64,000 nt of DNA, taken from Octopus sinensis. Taxonomy: Eukaryota. Under the pieces are notes generated by a model. The model was given only the letters and a program-made list of their open reading frames with translations. It ran no database searches and was not told the origin of the DNA. The stretch lies in the NCBI RefSeq assembly GCF_006345805.1, contig NC_042998.1:10788001-10852000 (forward strand). The letters run 5' to 3'. Shown piece after piece: positions 23,151 through 35,560 of the stretch. Made by a program: the position numbers and the translations under genes. Position 1 is the stretch's first letter. Each line of letters begins with the position of its first letter.

Positions 23151-24046
23151 GGAATGTAAGATTAAATTTTGTACTTAATATTACATTGCGCTTTTAGAAA
23201 TTGGAGGCAAAAATTGGATTCTATTGATCGAAAACCTAAAATAAATACGTAGTTGAATAAAACAAATACTCTACAAAAACATGGAAGTTGATCTGATGTT
23301 TATGAAAACAAATTTCTCTTTCATTCGACTAATATAAATCATATTAAGTTCTTGTATTTGTACAAGGCCACACTTTTTTAGAGGCTGGGTATTGTTGATA
23401 CCCAGAATATGGCTTCCACTGATATTATTGACACCATGGGATTACAGCCAAAGTCAACTACTCAACTAATATCAGCATAGTAGCTGAACGGGCACTGGTA
23501 TATTTGATGTAATAAACCAAGAAAAAACTAATTAAATTCCGCCCTTATTATCAAAGAAACTAATTATTATCTGACTAATTATAGTAAAAAAAACAAAAAC
23601 ACACAGCAAGAAAAGCAACCCTAAGCTTTAATGTGAATTAAATACGAAATGTATATGGGGATTAAGATTGCCTAGTAGTAAGGTGACAACTGTGGACATG
23701 TTCCGGTCATATGAAAACTCTACAGTAAAGCATAGTCTAAATATTATTACAGATCTTAGTTGAATAAGCACTATATACGATTTTTCTGAATCAACACTAA
23801 TATTTTAAATCACGGACCGAAACTGATCAAATATATCTGATTCGGAGTGACTTAGTAATTTTCGGCGCACGCATAATTCAAGAAGTAAAGCTCGAAATTT
23901 TAATAAATGCAAACTACAATGTGGTAGAAGTATGGAATTAAATAAATTGAATATATCTATCTATAAACTGTCTTTATTCACAATTCAATCTCACCATAAC
24001 TGACTTTGGGGTGTACCTTTGTGTATTCGATATATGTTCACATTAA

Positions 24047-24885
24047 GGCCGCGAGCTGGCAGAAACGTTAGCACGCCGGGCGAAATGCGTAGCCGTATTT
24101 CGTCTGCCGTTACGTTCTGAGTTCAAATTCCGCCGAGGTCGACTTTGCCTTTCCTCCTTTCGGGGGTCGATAAATTAAGTACCAGTTACGCACTGGGATC
24201 GATGTAATCGACTTAATCCCTTTGGCTGTCCTTGTTTGTCCCCTCTATGTTTAGCTCCTTGTAGGTTATAAAGAAATAAGAATCATTAGCACGCCGGGCG
24301 TGTGTATTTCGTGTGTCTTTGCGTTCTGAGTTCAAATTCCACCGAGGTCGACTTTGTCTTTCAACATTTCAGGGTCAATAAATTAAGGACCAGTTGCACA
24401 TTGAGGTCGATCTAATCGACTGCCTCCCTCCCAAATTTCGGGCCTTGTGCCTAGGGTAGAAAAGGTTTATATTAAGGCGGCGAGCTGGCAGAAACGTTAG
24501 CATGCCGGGCGAAATGCTTAGTGGTATTTCGTCTGCCGTTACATTCTGAGTTCAAATTTCGCCGAGGTCGACTTTGCCTTTCATCCTTTCGGGGTCGATA
24601 AATTAAGTACCAGTTACGCACTGGGATCGGTGTAATCGACTTAATCCCTTTGTCTGTCCTTGTTTGTCTCCCCTATGTTTAGCCCCTTGAGGGCAATAAA
24701 GAAATAAGCGGAATGCTTAGCAGTATTTTGTATCTCTTTACGTTTTGAGTTCAAATTCCTCCGAGGTCGACTTTGCCTTTCATCCTTTCGGTGTCGAAAG
24801 ATTAAGTACCAGTTGCGTACTGGGATCCATCTAATCGTCTGGCCCCCTCTCCCATAATTTCGGTTCTTGTGCCTGGAACAGAAAA
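24047..24885 (+). mobile_element. Tandem tetramer of SINE B (long, short, long, short)
   Basis: Four B cores, flanked by a perfect 15-bp direct repeat GATATATGTTCACAT (24029-24043 and 24886-24900). Confidence 0.9.
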
Positions 24886-26009
24886 GATATATGTTCACAT
24901 AATACTAAGGTGTTGATTCAATCAACTGTGTTGCTGTGATGTTCTTGTTGTGTAACATTTAGAAATAAATATTGGTTTCAAATTTTTGGCACAAGGCCAG
25001 CAATTTCGAAAAAGCGGCTAAGTCGATTAGTTTCTCTCTCTACACCCTGAGTTCGAATCTTGCCTGGTTGTTACACAGGCTCGATTTGAAAAACTACTTC
25101 ATATGAACTAAGTTCGATTCAAACTACCGCCATTTTCCGGCAAATTTATAGCTTCATGCAATTTAGAAAATTCACCTAAATTTCGTGATATCGTATACTA
25201 ATTATAAGTCAATACTGAACAAATTATAAAGCATCAGCATGCCGTACATTATTGACATCAATATATTACCGAATTAATTCGCCGAGATCGACTTTGCCTT
25301 TCATCTTATCGGGGCCGTTAAAACAAGTACCAGTTCAACATGGGGGGGGGGGTCGATATAATCCTCCGAAATTGCTGGCCTTGGGCCAGAACTTGAAACT
25401 AATATATTAGCGTATCAGTCCTGATGCTATATATGTTTAAGCTGAATTAACCAATTCTTCTTACGTTTAGATAACTCAGACACAGCAGCACACAAAGACA
25501 CACATACATACAACTAACACACACACATACATACATATTGGGAAATACACCGAACTTGAAGTTATCAGCTATAGGAGTCGATCCTCCTAAGGCCATTTTA
25601 ATCAGTCAAGATAACGCCAATTATAAATGTATTCTATTTTAGATTACATATTTATAGTTTACTGGGAAAATTCCAACTGAAGATTTACATTTTCAAAGAC
25701 ATATAGAAATGTATTGTTTTTTCAAGCGAAAACTACATTGGCTACGATCCGAATGTCCTTCCTCATATCATGAGAATATGTCAGCGCTATCGAGATATTT
25801 TGAAGTTCACGCTAAATTTTGTGAACTTAAAACCGGATCCATTCCTTTACAGATATATTTTAACTATACCTTCTCAGAAAAGAAAGATATATTTTGACTT
25901 ACTCATTTCCTAGTATTAAAGACTATTTTTGTATGGCTTTTTGTACAACTTCTGTTTGTAAGGTCGAAAATATAGACTTCTACTGCGTTAACAATATTTT
26001 CCAATTCGT

Positions 26010-26230
26010 TAAGGCAACGAGCTAGCAACGTCGTTACCGCGCCGGATAAAAATGTTCAGTGGCATTTCTTCCGACTTAACATCTGAGTTCAAATGCTGCC
26101 GAGGTTGACTTTTTACCTTTCATCCTTTCGGGTCGATAAAATAAGTACCAGTTGAGCACTGGGATCGATGTAATCGACTTATTCCCCACCACCCACGAAA
26201 ATGCTGACCTTATGCCAAAATTTGAAACCA
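26010..26230 (+). mobile_element. SINE family B, short-tail form
   Basis: GGCAACGAGCTAGCA head and CCTTTCATCCTTTCGGGTCGATAAAATAAGTACCAG core. Confidence 0.8.
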
Positions 26231-26664
26231 ATAGTTTTCATTCCATTAACAATATGAGTAGCATTCATGTCAAATTTGTATACTTTGTGGCGCATCCTCA
26301 ACAGATTTTGTTGTTTTAGGCTGAAAGTTAGCAACAACATAAATGCTAAAATATCTACATACATTGATCTATTCAAATTTTTCTTTTCTCAATAAAGTTG
26401 TTCACCTTTAACCATTAAATTATCATGATAGACAAAGCATTATGTCTATGAAAGACGTTAACATACAATTTAGCATTTCGTCTATTGAAATTGCCAATGT
26501 GTTTCTCCTTTTGAAATTCAAGACGTATTGACTGAGCAGTGATGTGTTTTGGAAAGAGTATATTGTAATCTTTAATATTTGAAGGTAGCTTTAGAAATTT
26601 AACAAGAGTAACGCCCACATTAAAATCTTTATTCAGTCTTGGATTTTTAAAGATTTATAATGGA

Positions 26665-27057
26665 CTAGCAGTATCGCCCGGCGTTGCTCGGGTTTGTAAG
26701 GGAAATAACTATATAAGCATTTTTAGAGATGTAAAGTATAATAGCCATCTCAATATGGCTAACCGCAAGGGGGGGGGGTTACTGTAGCTTTTTACGTTCT
26801 GAGATTTAATAATAAAGTTTTAGAGTTACTTCCTTTATATATGCCAAAAATGCATTAAAAATGCGAAAAATTGATGGTAATTTTTTTTTTAATCGTAGAC
26901 TCATCATAGACGCGCGCTAATACCCAGAAGGGCTCGATATGAATCACGACTATAAGATACCCGGTTTTGGTTAAACTGCACCGCAAAATGTGGGAGTAGT
27001 TAGGAATCTAAATCGTAGGAGACAGACAGCACGCAACCTCACTTTTATATATAAAGA
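26665..27057 (-). mobile_element. Non-autonomous Helitron
   Basis: The minus strand reads A|TCTTTATATATAAAAG...CCCGAGCAACGCCGGGCGATACTGCTAG|T: 5' TC, subterminal hairpin, 3' CTAG, AT target and no TSD. Confidence 0.85.
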
Positions 27058-28003
27058 TTATCAATACTGCTATTGCGTCTTCAAGATTCAAGGTCATCTC
27101 TTTAAAATATACTTTTACTTTGCTGGCTGCAATTATCAAAAATGATTAAGAAATTAAGTAAGTAATATAAATGCGACTGAAGATGTTGCGGAGTATGAAA
27201 TAATTTTATACATTTTTGTAAAAGTTCAGTTTCGTATTTTTAGTTTTCATCTCCCCAAAACAGCCGAATATCATATCTTGTGTAAACTAACTGCATTGGA
27301 AAACATTTGATATGACGAATAGGTTTCGTATCGGTAGGTAATGTATTTATCTTTCCCAAGAAAAATCTTTATCTCGCTTATAGTCACGATTCGGCATTGA
27401 ATAACTCTCTATTGGGCAATGTAAATCTGATTTTAAAACTATTTCCGGTTGTTTACAAGCCTTTTCCTGTAGACCTTGAACTAGTCATATTTGTTATTTT
27501 ATCTATTTTAAAGTGGGGGGAAAGCAGTGTAAAAGAAACCGAAAGAAAAGGCAGAAAGAGAAGGCCTGCTGCTTCATGTGTAGAAGAAAACTAGAGAAAA
27601 CATATTCCCAAACCAGATGACTTCTATCATTAGGAAGTTATACCAGCTGATAATGGTTTCAAATTGTATCACTAGGCCAGCAACTTCGACTCCAGTTCTC
27701 GCGTGGTATCCATTTTATCGAGCCCGAAAGAATTCTACTTCGGCAGTATTTTAACTCAGAACGTAAAGACAGATGGAATGCCGCTAAACATTTTGTCCTG
27801 CGCACAAGAGATTCTGTCTGTGCGTCACATTAGTATACCAGCTAATAATACCTTAAAATATATAACACATTGCCTCAATATATGTGGGGATGACGGTTCG
27901 AATCATGCATTCTTCATCGTATTCTGAGTTATTGTAAGAATTACAATTAGTATTTTAACTTTATGGTATATATCGTTTCAGTATATATATATTATATTAT
28001 TGA

Positions 28004-28305
28004 GGAGGCGCAATGGCCCAGTGGTTAGGGCAGCGGACTCGTGGTCATAGGATCGCGGTTTCGATTCCCAGACCGGGCGTTGTGAGTGTTTATTGAGCGA
28101 AAACACCAAAAAGCTCCACGAGGCTCCGGCAGGGGGTGGCGATCCCTGCTGTACTATTTCACCACTCTTTCTCCCACTATTTCTTCTGTTGGCCTGCTCG
28201 CTTAGCCAGCGGGGTGGAGTCATTCGAAGGTTAAAACAATGCGAACGCATTGTGACCAGCGATGTGTAACTACATCTGATGGACTGGTCGGTCACGTGAT
28301 CACAT
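28004..28305 (+). mobile_element. SINE family C, tail type 1, with about 18-bp TSD
   Basis: TSD ATATATTATATTATTGAG occurs on both sides. Confidence 0.92.
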
Positions 28306-30280
28306 GATATATTATATTATTGAGTAATAATTGCTAATAGTATTTTCCTCGTACCAAGACTAGTTCTATAACTATTCACACATCTTTTTCTGTAACAGAT
28401 GAAGATGAAAAGATTAAGTTGCAGGGATCAACGCATAGCATCATACCATATGGTATTGAGTTCAAAAATTAATGCGGCTGGGCAGTTTATTTACATGTTC
28501 TCACTTAATGATCTCACAATCACAACATTTATGATTTCAGCCTATCAACTGCATTTCTTCATCTGTTATTCTTTTATTAAGACTCTTTTAATAATTAATA
28601 CAATTAATGTTATCTGCTAATAAATGAGTTGTACTGGAAATAAAAAAAAATAAGACAAAATCTCAGCAATGAATTATATTTACGTTATCGTAAAGTTGTT
28701 ATCTAAAATTTGTATTAGAGTTTGGGTTGATGCGTGCTATTTGATATTCGGTGCAATTATACTATACGCATGATAAGGATTGCTCCGCTGAGCGGATTAA
28801 AAACGGAACAGACAAACGTATCTGCAGTTAGCAGAAATGAGTTCAAATCCTTGAGGGAAAGATTGCACGTAGAAGCTGGTGGCCGCGTTGCCAACATATT
28901 GAGTTACCCATTTATAGGCCGTGTTTCCAAATCCAAAACATCTTAGAAATAGCTACCAGATTATGTAGCATGCTTTAAATTAGAGTTTCTATTTTTATCT
29001 ATTTAAAGTCATAAAGTAGGAGCTTAACCAAACCCTAAAAATCATTCAATAGCTTAATACGCATTTTCATTTTACAATCCTGTTAATAATATTGCCTGAG
29101 GACAAATAATTTGTCGTACCATATACACATTGCGTAATGATAAAGTTTCCAACTGAAGCCCCTTCGACCCAGTGGGTTATGGAACTCATCTATTTTAACC
29201 TTTCAACATGTTATGGGAACCGTTGACAAATGTGTTTGCAAGGCACATGTAATGCTAGCAACCATGTCAGCGTGTTTTCTTAAAGGATTGAAGCAGATAC
29301 ATTTAACAGATTTTCTCAGTCATGACAGATTAAAGTGCCAACGACTTAATATCAACTTGCAGCCCATGCAAACTTAACCTATAAAGAACCAATCCTTCTC
29401 AAGAACAGCTGAATTTATATATATATATAAAAAAAAATCAACAACATTTTTCTAAATTAAGAAGCGCCTGAATTTAGCCTCACTCTTATGCGTTATCTTA
29501 ACACTGCTACAACAAAAACAATAACAAGAACTTAATCATCATAAATTACTACTAGTACTATCATTATAACCTTTAAGTCCTCCCGCAATCAACAATTCTA
29601 ACTTCTCCCTTGCTACTACTATTACACCATCATAATCACCGCCCCAAACGACCAAAAGAAAAAAAAAACTATATTAATGGGTATGAATCAGCCGAGATAG
29701 ATTTATTTTCAAAATATTTTTTTCTATTCTTGAATATCTTAGAATAGAAATCAGAGGTCGACCATGATACATAAGCAATTGTTTTGGAAACCGATGGTAA
29801 CCAAATGTCAAGGTTTCAGAGGAATGAAAAACTGTTGAAGAGTATTTCTAAATTAGTCTAGCAGCTATGGCAATGTTAGAGTTAGTGTCAAAGATCATAG
29901 GACGTTTAACTAGGTTATTTCCTTTAAAATGGGTAATGAGTTCGTAGATTAGATGCCGGAATTTTATTTTCTTTTATTTTCCAAAAATTATATTCAATTT
30001 ATTTTATTTTTACTCTCTAATTTATAAATTCTTTCCTTTTATTTTACCACTCCACAGACATATATCATTGTGTTTAGTTTATGGGTAAGTTTTCTTCTGA
30101 ATGAATTCAAAATATTCTGAGCGAATTCAAAACCTTCAGAACATGAAATCTTAGAGTTAAGCTAATGAATGTCAATGAGCATTGGTGAGTCTATTGATTA
30201 AGAGAATGTTGGGTGTTAAACAACTAATTCTGATATACAATTGGCCGTATTACGTTATTCAGCGAATAAATAATATGATA

Positions 30281-30490
30281 TTACGGAGATGTACTTGCAT
30301 AGCAAGTGACCTGATCTGAGATCGTGGGCTGGAACGAAAACAATTGCAGCGTGGAAGGTGTTTATAAGCCATTTAAGAAACACAAAAACCGTTAGATTCA
30401 TTTCAACATTTAAATTTAATTTGTCAAAATATTTTCGTCGCTTTGAGACCGCGACCTGTTCACTGACAAAATTCCGTGCTGCATCTCATG
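30281..30490 (-). mobile_element. 210-bp non-coding element with a hammerhead motif, flanked by a 10-bp TSD
   Basis: TAATATGATA at 30271-30280 and 30491-30500; no ORF. Confidence 0.7.
30420..30470 (-). ncRNA. Candidate minimal type-I hammerhead ribozyme with G3:C8 core
   Basis: UUUGUCA / GUGAACA / G / GUCGC-GGUCUCAAA-GCGAC / GAA / AAUAUU / U / UGACAAA: 7-bp stem I, 5-bp stem II and palindromic stem III. Confidence 0.6.
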
Positions 30491-30594
30491 TAATATGATA
30501 CTAAATCGGGAACAATTTATAAGATAGTAAATATTTAGTTTACATTAATATTACTATGAATAAATATATTAAAGTATATCGTGTATGTAAATGA

Positions 30595-33500
30595 TCATGG
30601 AGAATAGTAAGAGAAATCATATGACACTCTCGGACACTGCACAATAGTGTGCAGGACGATTTCCACGTCCCGCCCGCATCTTGGACAGGCCGATGGCCCA
30701 GGGTGGCCGTGTCTGGTGACCTTATCCTGAACGAGTAGGGCTCCTCCGTAACACTGCCAGGCCAAAGACTTTTGGAAGTTATCCAGTGCCTTCGGCCCGA
30801 ATGTCCTTCGGAACAGGCTGTCTAACTGATTATCGAGACCCAGGGTCCTTCCCAGGGCATCATCATTTTCAGCCTCTACCAACCTACAATAGTAAGCCGT
30901 AGTGGTACCGAAACCGCTGGCGTCGCTCGAGTTGCGGAACTGGAGAAATGCCTTACGGCACTCCGTAAAACAGGTACCCAACCTCAATCTTCGACGAAAC
31001 CAGTTTTCTCTACCACCAAAACTAGTAAATTTGGGGAACATCCGTCTAGCGAGCGTTGACCACACCCGTTCACCATCCGGGTAGAGCTAAAGATGCCTCA
31101 ACCTCAGCGCATGCTTGCGCATGAATAGCCAAGGCATCGCTAACCCACCCTTTAACGGCCTTTGACAGCAAATAGAACGTCTTACAAGTGGAGTGGAGTT
31201 CTTCCACAAAAAGCATATTAGCCCCTCCAACTTGCTCAACCTCGAATCTGGACAAGGAACGACGATTAGACGGTAAACGACGACCAATGCGATAAACACA
31301 TTGGCCACTTTCGCCCTCCATCTCAAGGATTGCCACCGCCAAGACTAGGCCTTGACTATGTGGATCACCTTGCCCGATACCTCGGTCTAGTTCTTTTCTA
31401 TCTGGAGATCTGGACCAAACCGATTCCTAGTATCTTAACCGGACCCTCCGCCCAGTGTCACACGACACTATTCGAAGGCATCGACTTGCCCTTCCAGGTG
31501 CCGAGTTGCAAGCCGACCGACTTTTCCCGGTCAATTTTCGGTCCTGTCACCGTCTCGTAAACCTTAATGGTTTCGCCAAATTTCTGTAAGTGTTCCATCT
31601 TGATCACGATGATAGTGATGTCACCCGCGTACGCTATAACCGATCCTCCACCTCCTGGATTCGTCGGGATGCCACTTAGTTTTCGCAGTAATGGCTCGAG
31701 GGCCATCACGTACAAGAGCGGGGAGAGGGGAAACCCTTGGCGATCCGACCGTTTGATGCAGAACGGCTTCGAAATAAAGCTGTTCACCCGAACTATCGAG
31801 TCGGTATTGTTGTACAACTGTATGATCCACCTGAGGAAAACAAACATATTCCGAACCGCGCGAGTACGTATAACAGGTAACGATGGTCTACCCCATCAAG
31901 TGCTTTAGCTTGGTTTAAATGGACCAGTGCCCCACCTTTGCCAGAATTATTACCACACCCTTCTACGGTGTAGTGTATAAGATGATCATCTTGGATGGTT
32001 CTGCCAGGTACTCCACATGTTTGTGCCTCCCCGATCAGGCCATCAGCATCAATCTTTTTGCTAGTACCTTGGCCAAAATCTTCACCTCTGCGCTCAGCAG
32101 AGTGATGGTCCTAAAATCATCTATATTATCCCCCTTGTCCGAGTCCTTCCTGACCAGCATCACTGCCTCCCGGCGCACGGCTCTGGGAATCAACCCATTC
32201 TGTTGCCAGTTCATGTAAATGCTAGCCAGTACGTACCCGAACATGTCTGGCATACTTTTATATAGCACGTACGGTAGACCATCGAGTCACGGCGCCTTCG
32301 CTTGTTCCCCATTGCACGAAGTCTAGCTCTGACAATACACTCCGTGTATTTGGCTTCGAGGTGCTGGTTTAACTCCAGTCTCTGCACCTTCACCTGATTT
32401 GCTCGCCAGTCCTCATGGCTTTCTCTAGGGCCTTAACTAATTCTGTTTCCTCCCTACGCCCTCTAGCCACTAAACCTATACTATATCTAAGAGACTCGAA
32501 TTTAATGGCTCTTTTGAGGGCGTACCACCATTTGTTGTTAAGAGTGGAACCGGTCAACGCCCTCTGCACTAATAACTTAATCCGGTTCCTGTACTCCTCA
32601 ATCGCTAAAAGGGACTTGACTTTCTAGTAGCCGGAACTCTTACTATATAGCTTATCTAGGTACAGCTTACAAGTAACCATCTTGTGGTCACTGTAACTGA
32701 CCATATGATATTGTGGACACGTAACTATATCTTTGTCTAGTTTTCTAATAAAAATCCTATCTATGTAGACCTAGAAGACCCGTCGCTATTTGACCATGTC
32801 CACAATGAAGCGGCCGGGAATTCTAGTCTGTAGGTTTCTACTAGCTGAAAGCGACTTAGTATATCCCGGAAGCCACTATTAGGTCTCCTATCAGAATTTG
32901 AGCCAGCATTATCCATGCGTGCATCGAGAATAGTGTTAACGTCTCCTAACACAACTAAGATGTGCATAGAAACTTCTCCAACTCTCTGTAATAATCAGTA
33001 TGATTCAAATTAGGTGCATAAACCGCGATCAGCCTGATTTCCTTACCACAACTGAACATCAGGTCTAAGACGACCAGCCTACCTTCTGGATCAGAAAAAA
33101 CTTTTTCTCTGAAACTCGGTTTCTTTTAAGTAGGACCAGCACCCCATCCCCGCCCCCAGCCTGGAGAAATGAATTCATCGTAGCCTTTCAGGAGCAGAAG
33201 CAGATCTCTTGGCCCTTTTAACCAAGTTTCAATGGCAACAATAACATCTAAACATTGTGGCCTGACGTCATTTAGGAAGCACCCTTGCTTCCAGCTCGAC
33301 GTCAGGCCAAGCACATTTAAACAACTTACACGAACAGCCATAAAGACTTGCCTTTTTTAGTCGGTGTCTTGGGGCCTCTTCTTCTCTTTCCCGGACTCGC
33401 ACATTTTTGGGTTAAAGTTCAACCTGGAAGGGTCAACATCTTTACGAAATTCATTAGCAAAAATATTATAAATTTTCCGATCTATTTTGTAAATTTCAAT

Positions 33501-34800
33501 CTCTGCATCCTCACTTTTTTCTGCAGAGACAGTTGCTAGGTGGTTCACTATATCTCGATTCGAGATTCGAACCGCCATGTAGCAACTGTCTTCTTTTTTC
33601 TTTTCAGTTGTTTTCGGTTTCTTAATCTGTCTCGCCTCTGTTTTCTTTTTCTCTTTTTAAGGGAAGGTGGCTTCATTTTCTCTTGTTCTACACAAGAGTC
33701 CATCCCTCTCCTACTTTTTCTTCTGGCATTGGTGTTTTTTCCTACTTGTATTGGCATCTTCTGCTCCGGCGTCGCAAGTTTAATCTCCACCACCTCCGTT
33801 TCTTCTTTCTTCTTTCAGCCTCCTTGGGCTTACAATCTACCCTGAAGTGGACCTTTTTGCCACACTGGAAGCATCGACGCTGGCGACCCACTACTGTCAC
33901 CACCAGACGGGTCTCACCTACCTCGAAGGAGGTCTCAATAATTTCCTCCGGTGTGGTCTGTTCGACTTGAATTATAAGCTGCCCATGTCAGCTTCATGGC
34001 TCCATCACGGTAGCGTCCAGGACTGATATTGTATCTTCCAATCCCATTGTCACTGCCGCGACGAGCCACTCTGCGTGCACCTCTGGGGAATATTGTTGAT
34101 TGTAATCTTCGACGTCCTTCTACCCATATATATGGGTAGAAGTATCACGTCTTCCGTTCTTAGGGGTTCCACTGAATGGAATCGAGCTTCTTCCTCCGAC
34201 TCCATCCTCACCTTCACCGTCGCATACCTTCTACCTCTTGCTAGGTACACTATCTTATGTCAAATAATCTTAAGGCAGTTCTAAATCTCTGCCTCTAACA
34301 CATAAGCGATTCTCTTATTTTTGACCTTATAGGTCTTGTATATTAAGTTTTTTGTTTCTCTATATCTTCAAGAATACTTTTTGGAGGGGCTGCTTTAATT
34401 CCGTGCCCCTCACTTGTCATCATTTATTTGTGTTCCTCCACATTGGCCAAATTAATCTTTCTAACTTTAGCACCTGCCACAACGGCAAAGTCCAGCTTTT
34501 TCTAAGGTTTTTTTTCTCTTTTTCCTCTTCTTTCTCTTTCGTCATTAAACTTGGTACATTAATGTTTTTCCTTGTAGTAGCCGGTATTGGTCTTTCTCTC
34601 TCCTCGTCTGAATCTAATGTAATCTAACACAATTCTTTTCGATCTCCTCCCCGCTCATGCACCTCCTCTCGCCATATTGTAGGCTTCCCCGCGCGGGAGG
34701 AAACAATAATTGTTTAACAAACAATTAACAATACTGTCAAAAATAGTTCAACAAAAGCCAAACAATTTAACAATCAGCAAAAACGCTCACTTCCAAATAA
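30595..34800 (-). mobile_element. L1/Tx1-clade LINE with 5' UTR, ORF1 and most of ORF2; 3' end lost
   Basis: ORF1 about 34675-33357 with CCHC knuckle RCFQCGKKVHFRVDC. ORF2 starts at 33341 (MAVRVSCLNVLGL) and carries VLGDVN, DFRTITLL, QGFPLSPLLY, AYAGDI and CPRCG..VLHTIVQCP. Confidence 0.92.
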
Positions 34801-35039
34801 ATTGCCAAGTAAGTACAGACCTAAGAACATAATGTTGCAGTGAAAAAGACTTTCGTGGACAGATGAATCATGTAATTTATTTCTTCCTTGTAGCTGTAAC
34901 AAGATAATAAAGTTTACTTGACAAAACAGGTCACTTAAATTTGTCATGTTTGATATTTACTTCTCAGAATATGAGTAAAAACATACATGTAAAATTAGCG
35001 CTAAATAGAATAAGCTTATTCCGAACACGAACACTCACG

Positions 35040-35220
35040 TGCGAATTTGAATGCTCGTAAAGACTAATTTGAATGATGTAAATGCTAAATTCTTTGACCG
35101 AAATGCGAAATTGAATGATCGAAAAACGAATTTGAATGACTAACTACATGGCGTTAATTTTTCTCGCGACTTTGAATGACTCGATTATCAAATTGAATGA
35201 CAAACGTACGAAAATGACTA
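35040..35220. repeat. Degenerate 21-bp-period minisatellite (TTGAATGA core)
   Basis: Core motif at 35046, 35068, 35089, 35110, 35131, 35171 and 35192. Confidence 0.7.
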
Positions 35221-35337
35221 CAGAAACCTATATTAAATGTAGTGCGGAAGTATGTAGAATATTGAAGAGATTTAGCGTATATCAAGTGCATAAACGCATG
35301 TAGACATGCAAATCGGTATGAGGATATATATGAAGAA

Positions 35338-35560
35338 GGCGGCGAGCTGGCAGAAACGTTAGCACGCCGAGCGAAATGCGTAGCCGTATTTCGTCTGCCG
35401 TTACGATATGAGTTCAAATTCCGCCGTGGTCCACTTTGCTTTTCATCCTTTCGGGGTCGATAAATTAAGTACCAGTTACGCACTGGGGTCGATGTAATCG
35501 ACTTAATCCGTTTGTCTGTCCTTGTTTGTCCTCTCTGTGTTTGTGGGTAATAAAAAAATA
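35338..35560 (+). mobile_element. SINE family B, long-tail form, 21-bp TSD
   Basis: GGTATGAGGATATATATGAAG (35315-35335) versus GGTATGAGGATACATATGAAG (35561-35581). Confidence 0.92.

Noticed and set aside
24047-24885. CRISPR-like repeat-spacer array
   Set aside because: The units are about 200-bp SINE copies, not short repeats with unique spacers. The context is eukaryotic and there are no cas genes.
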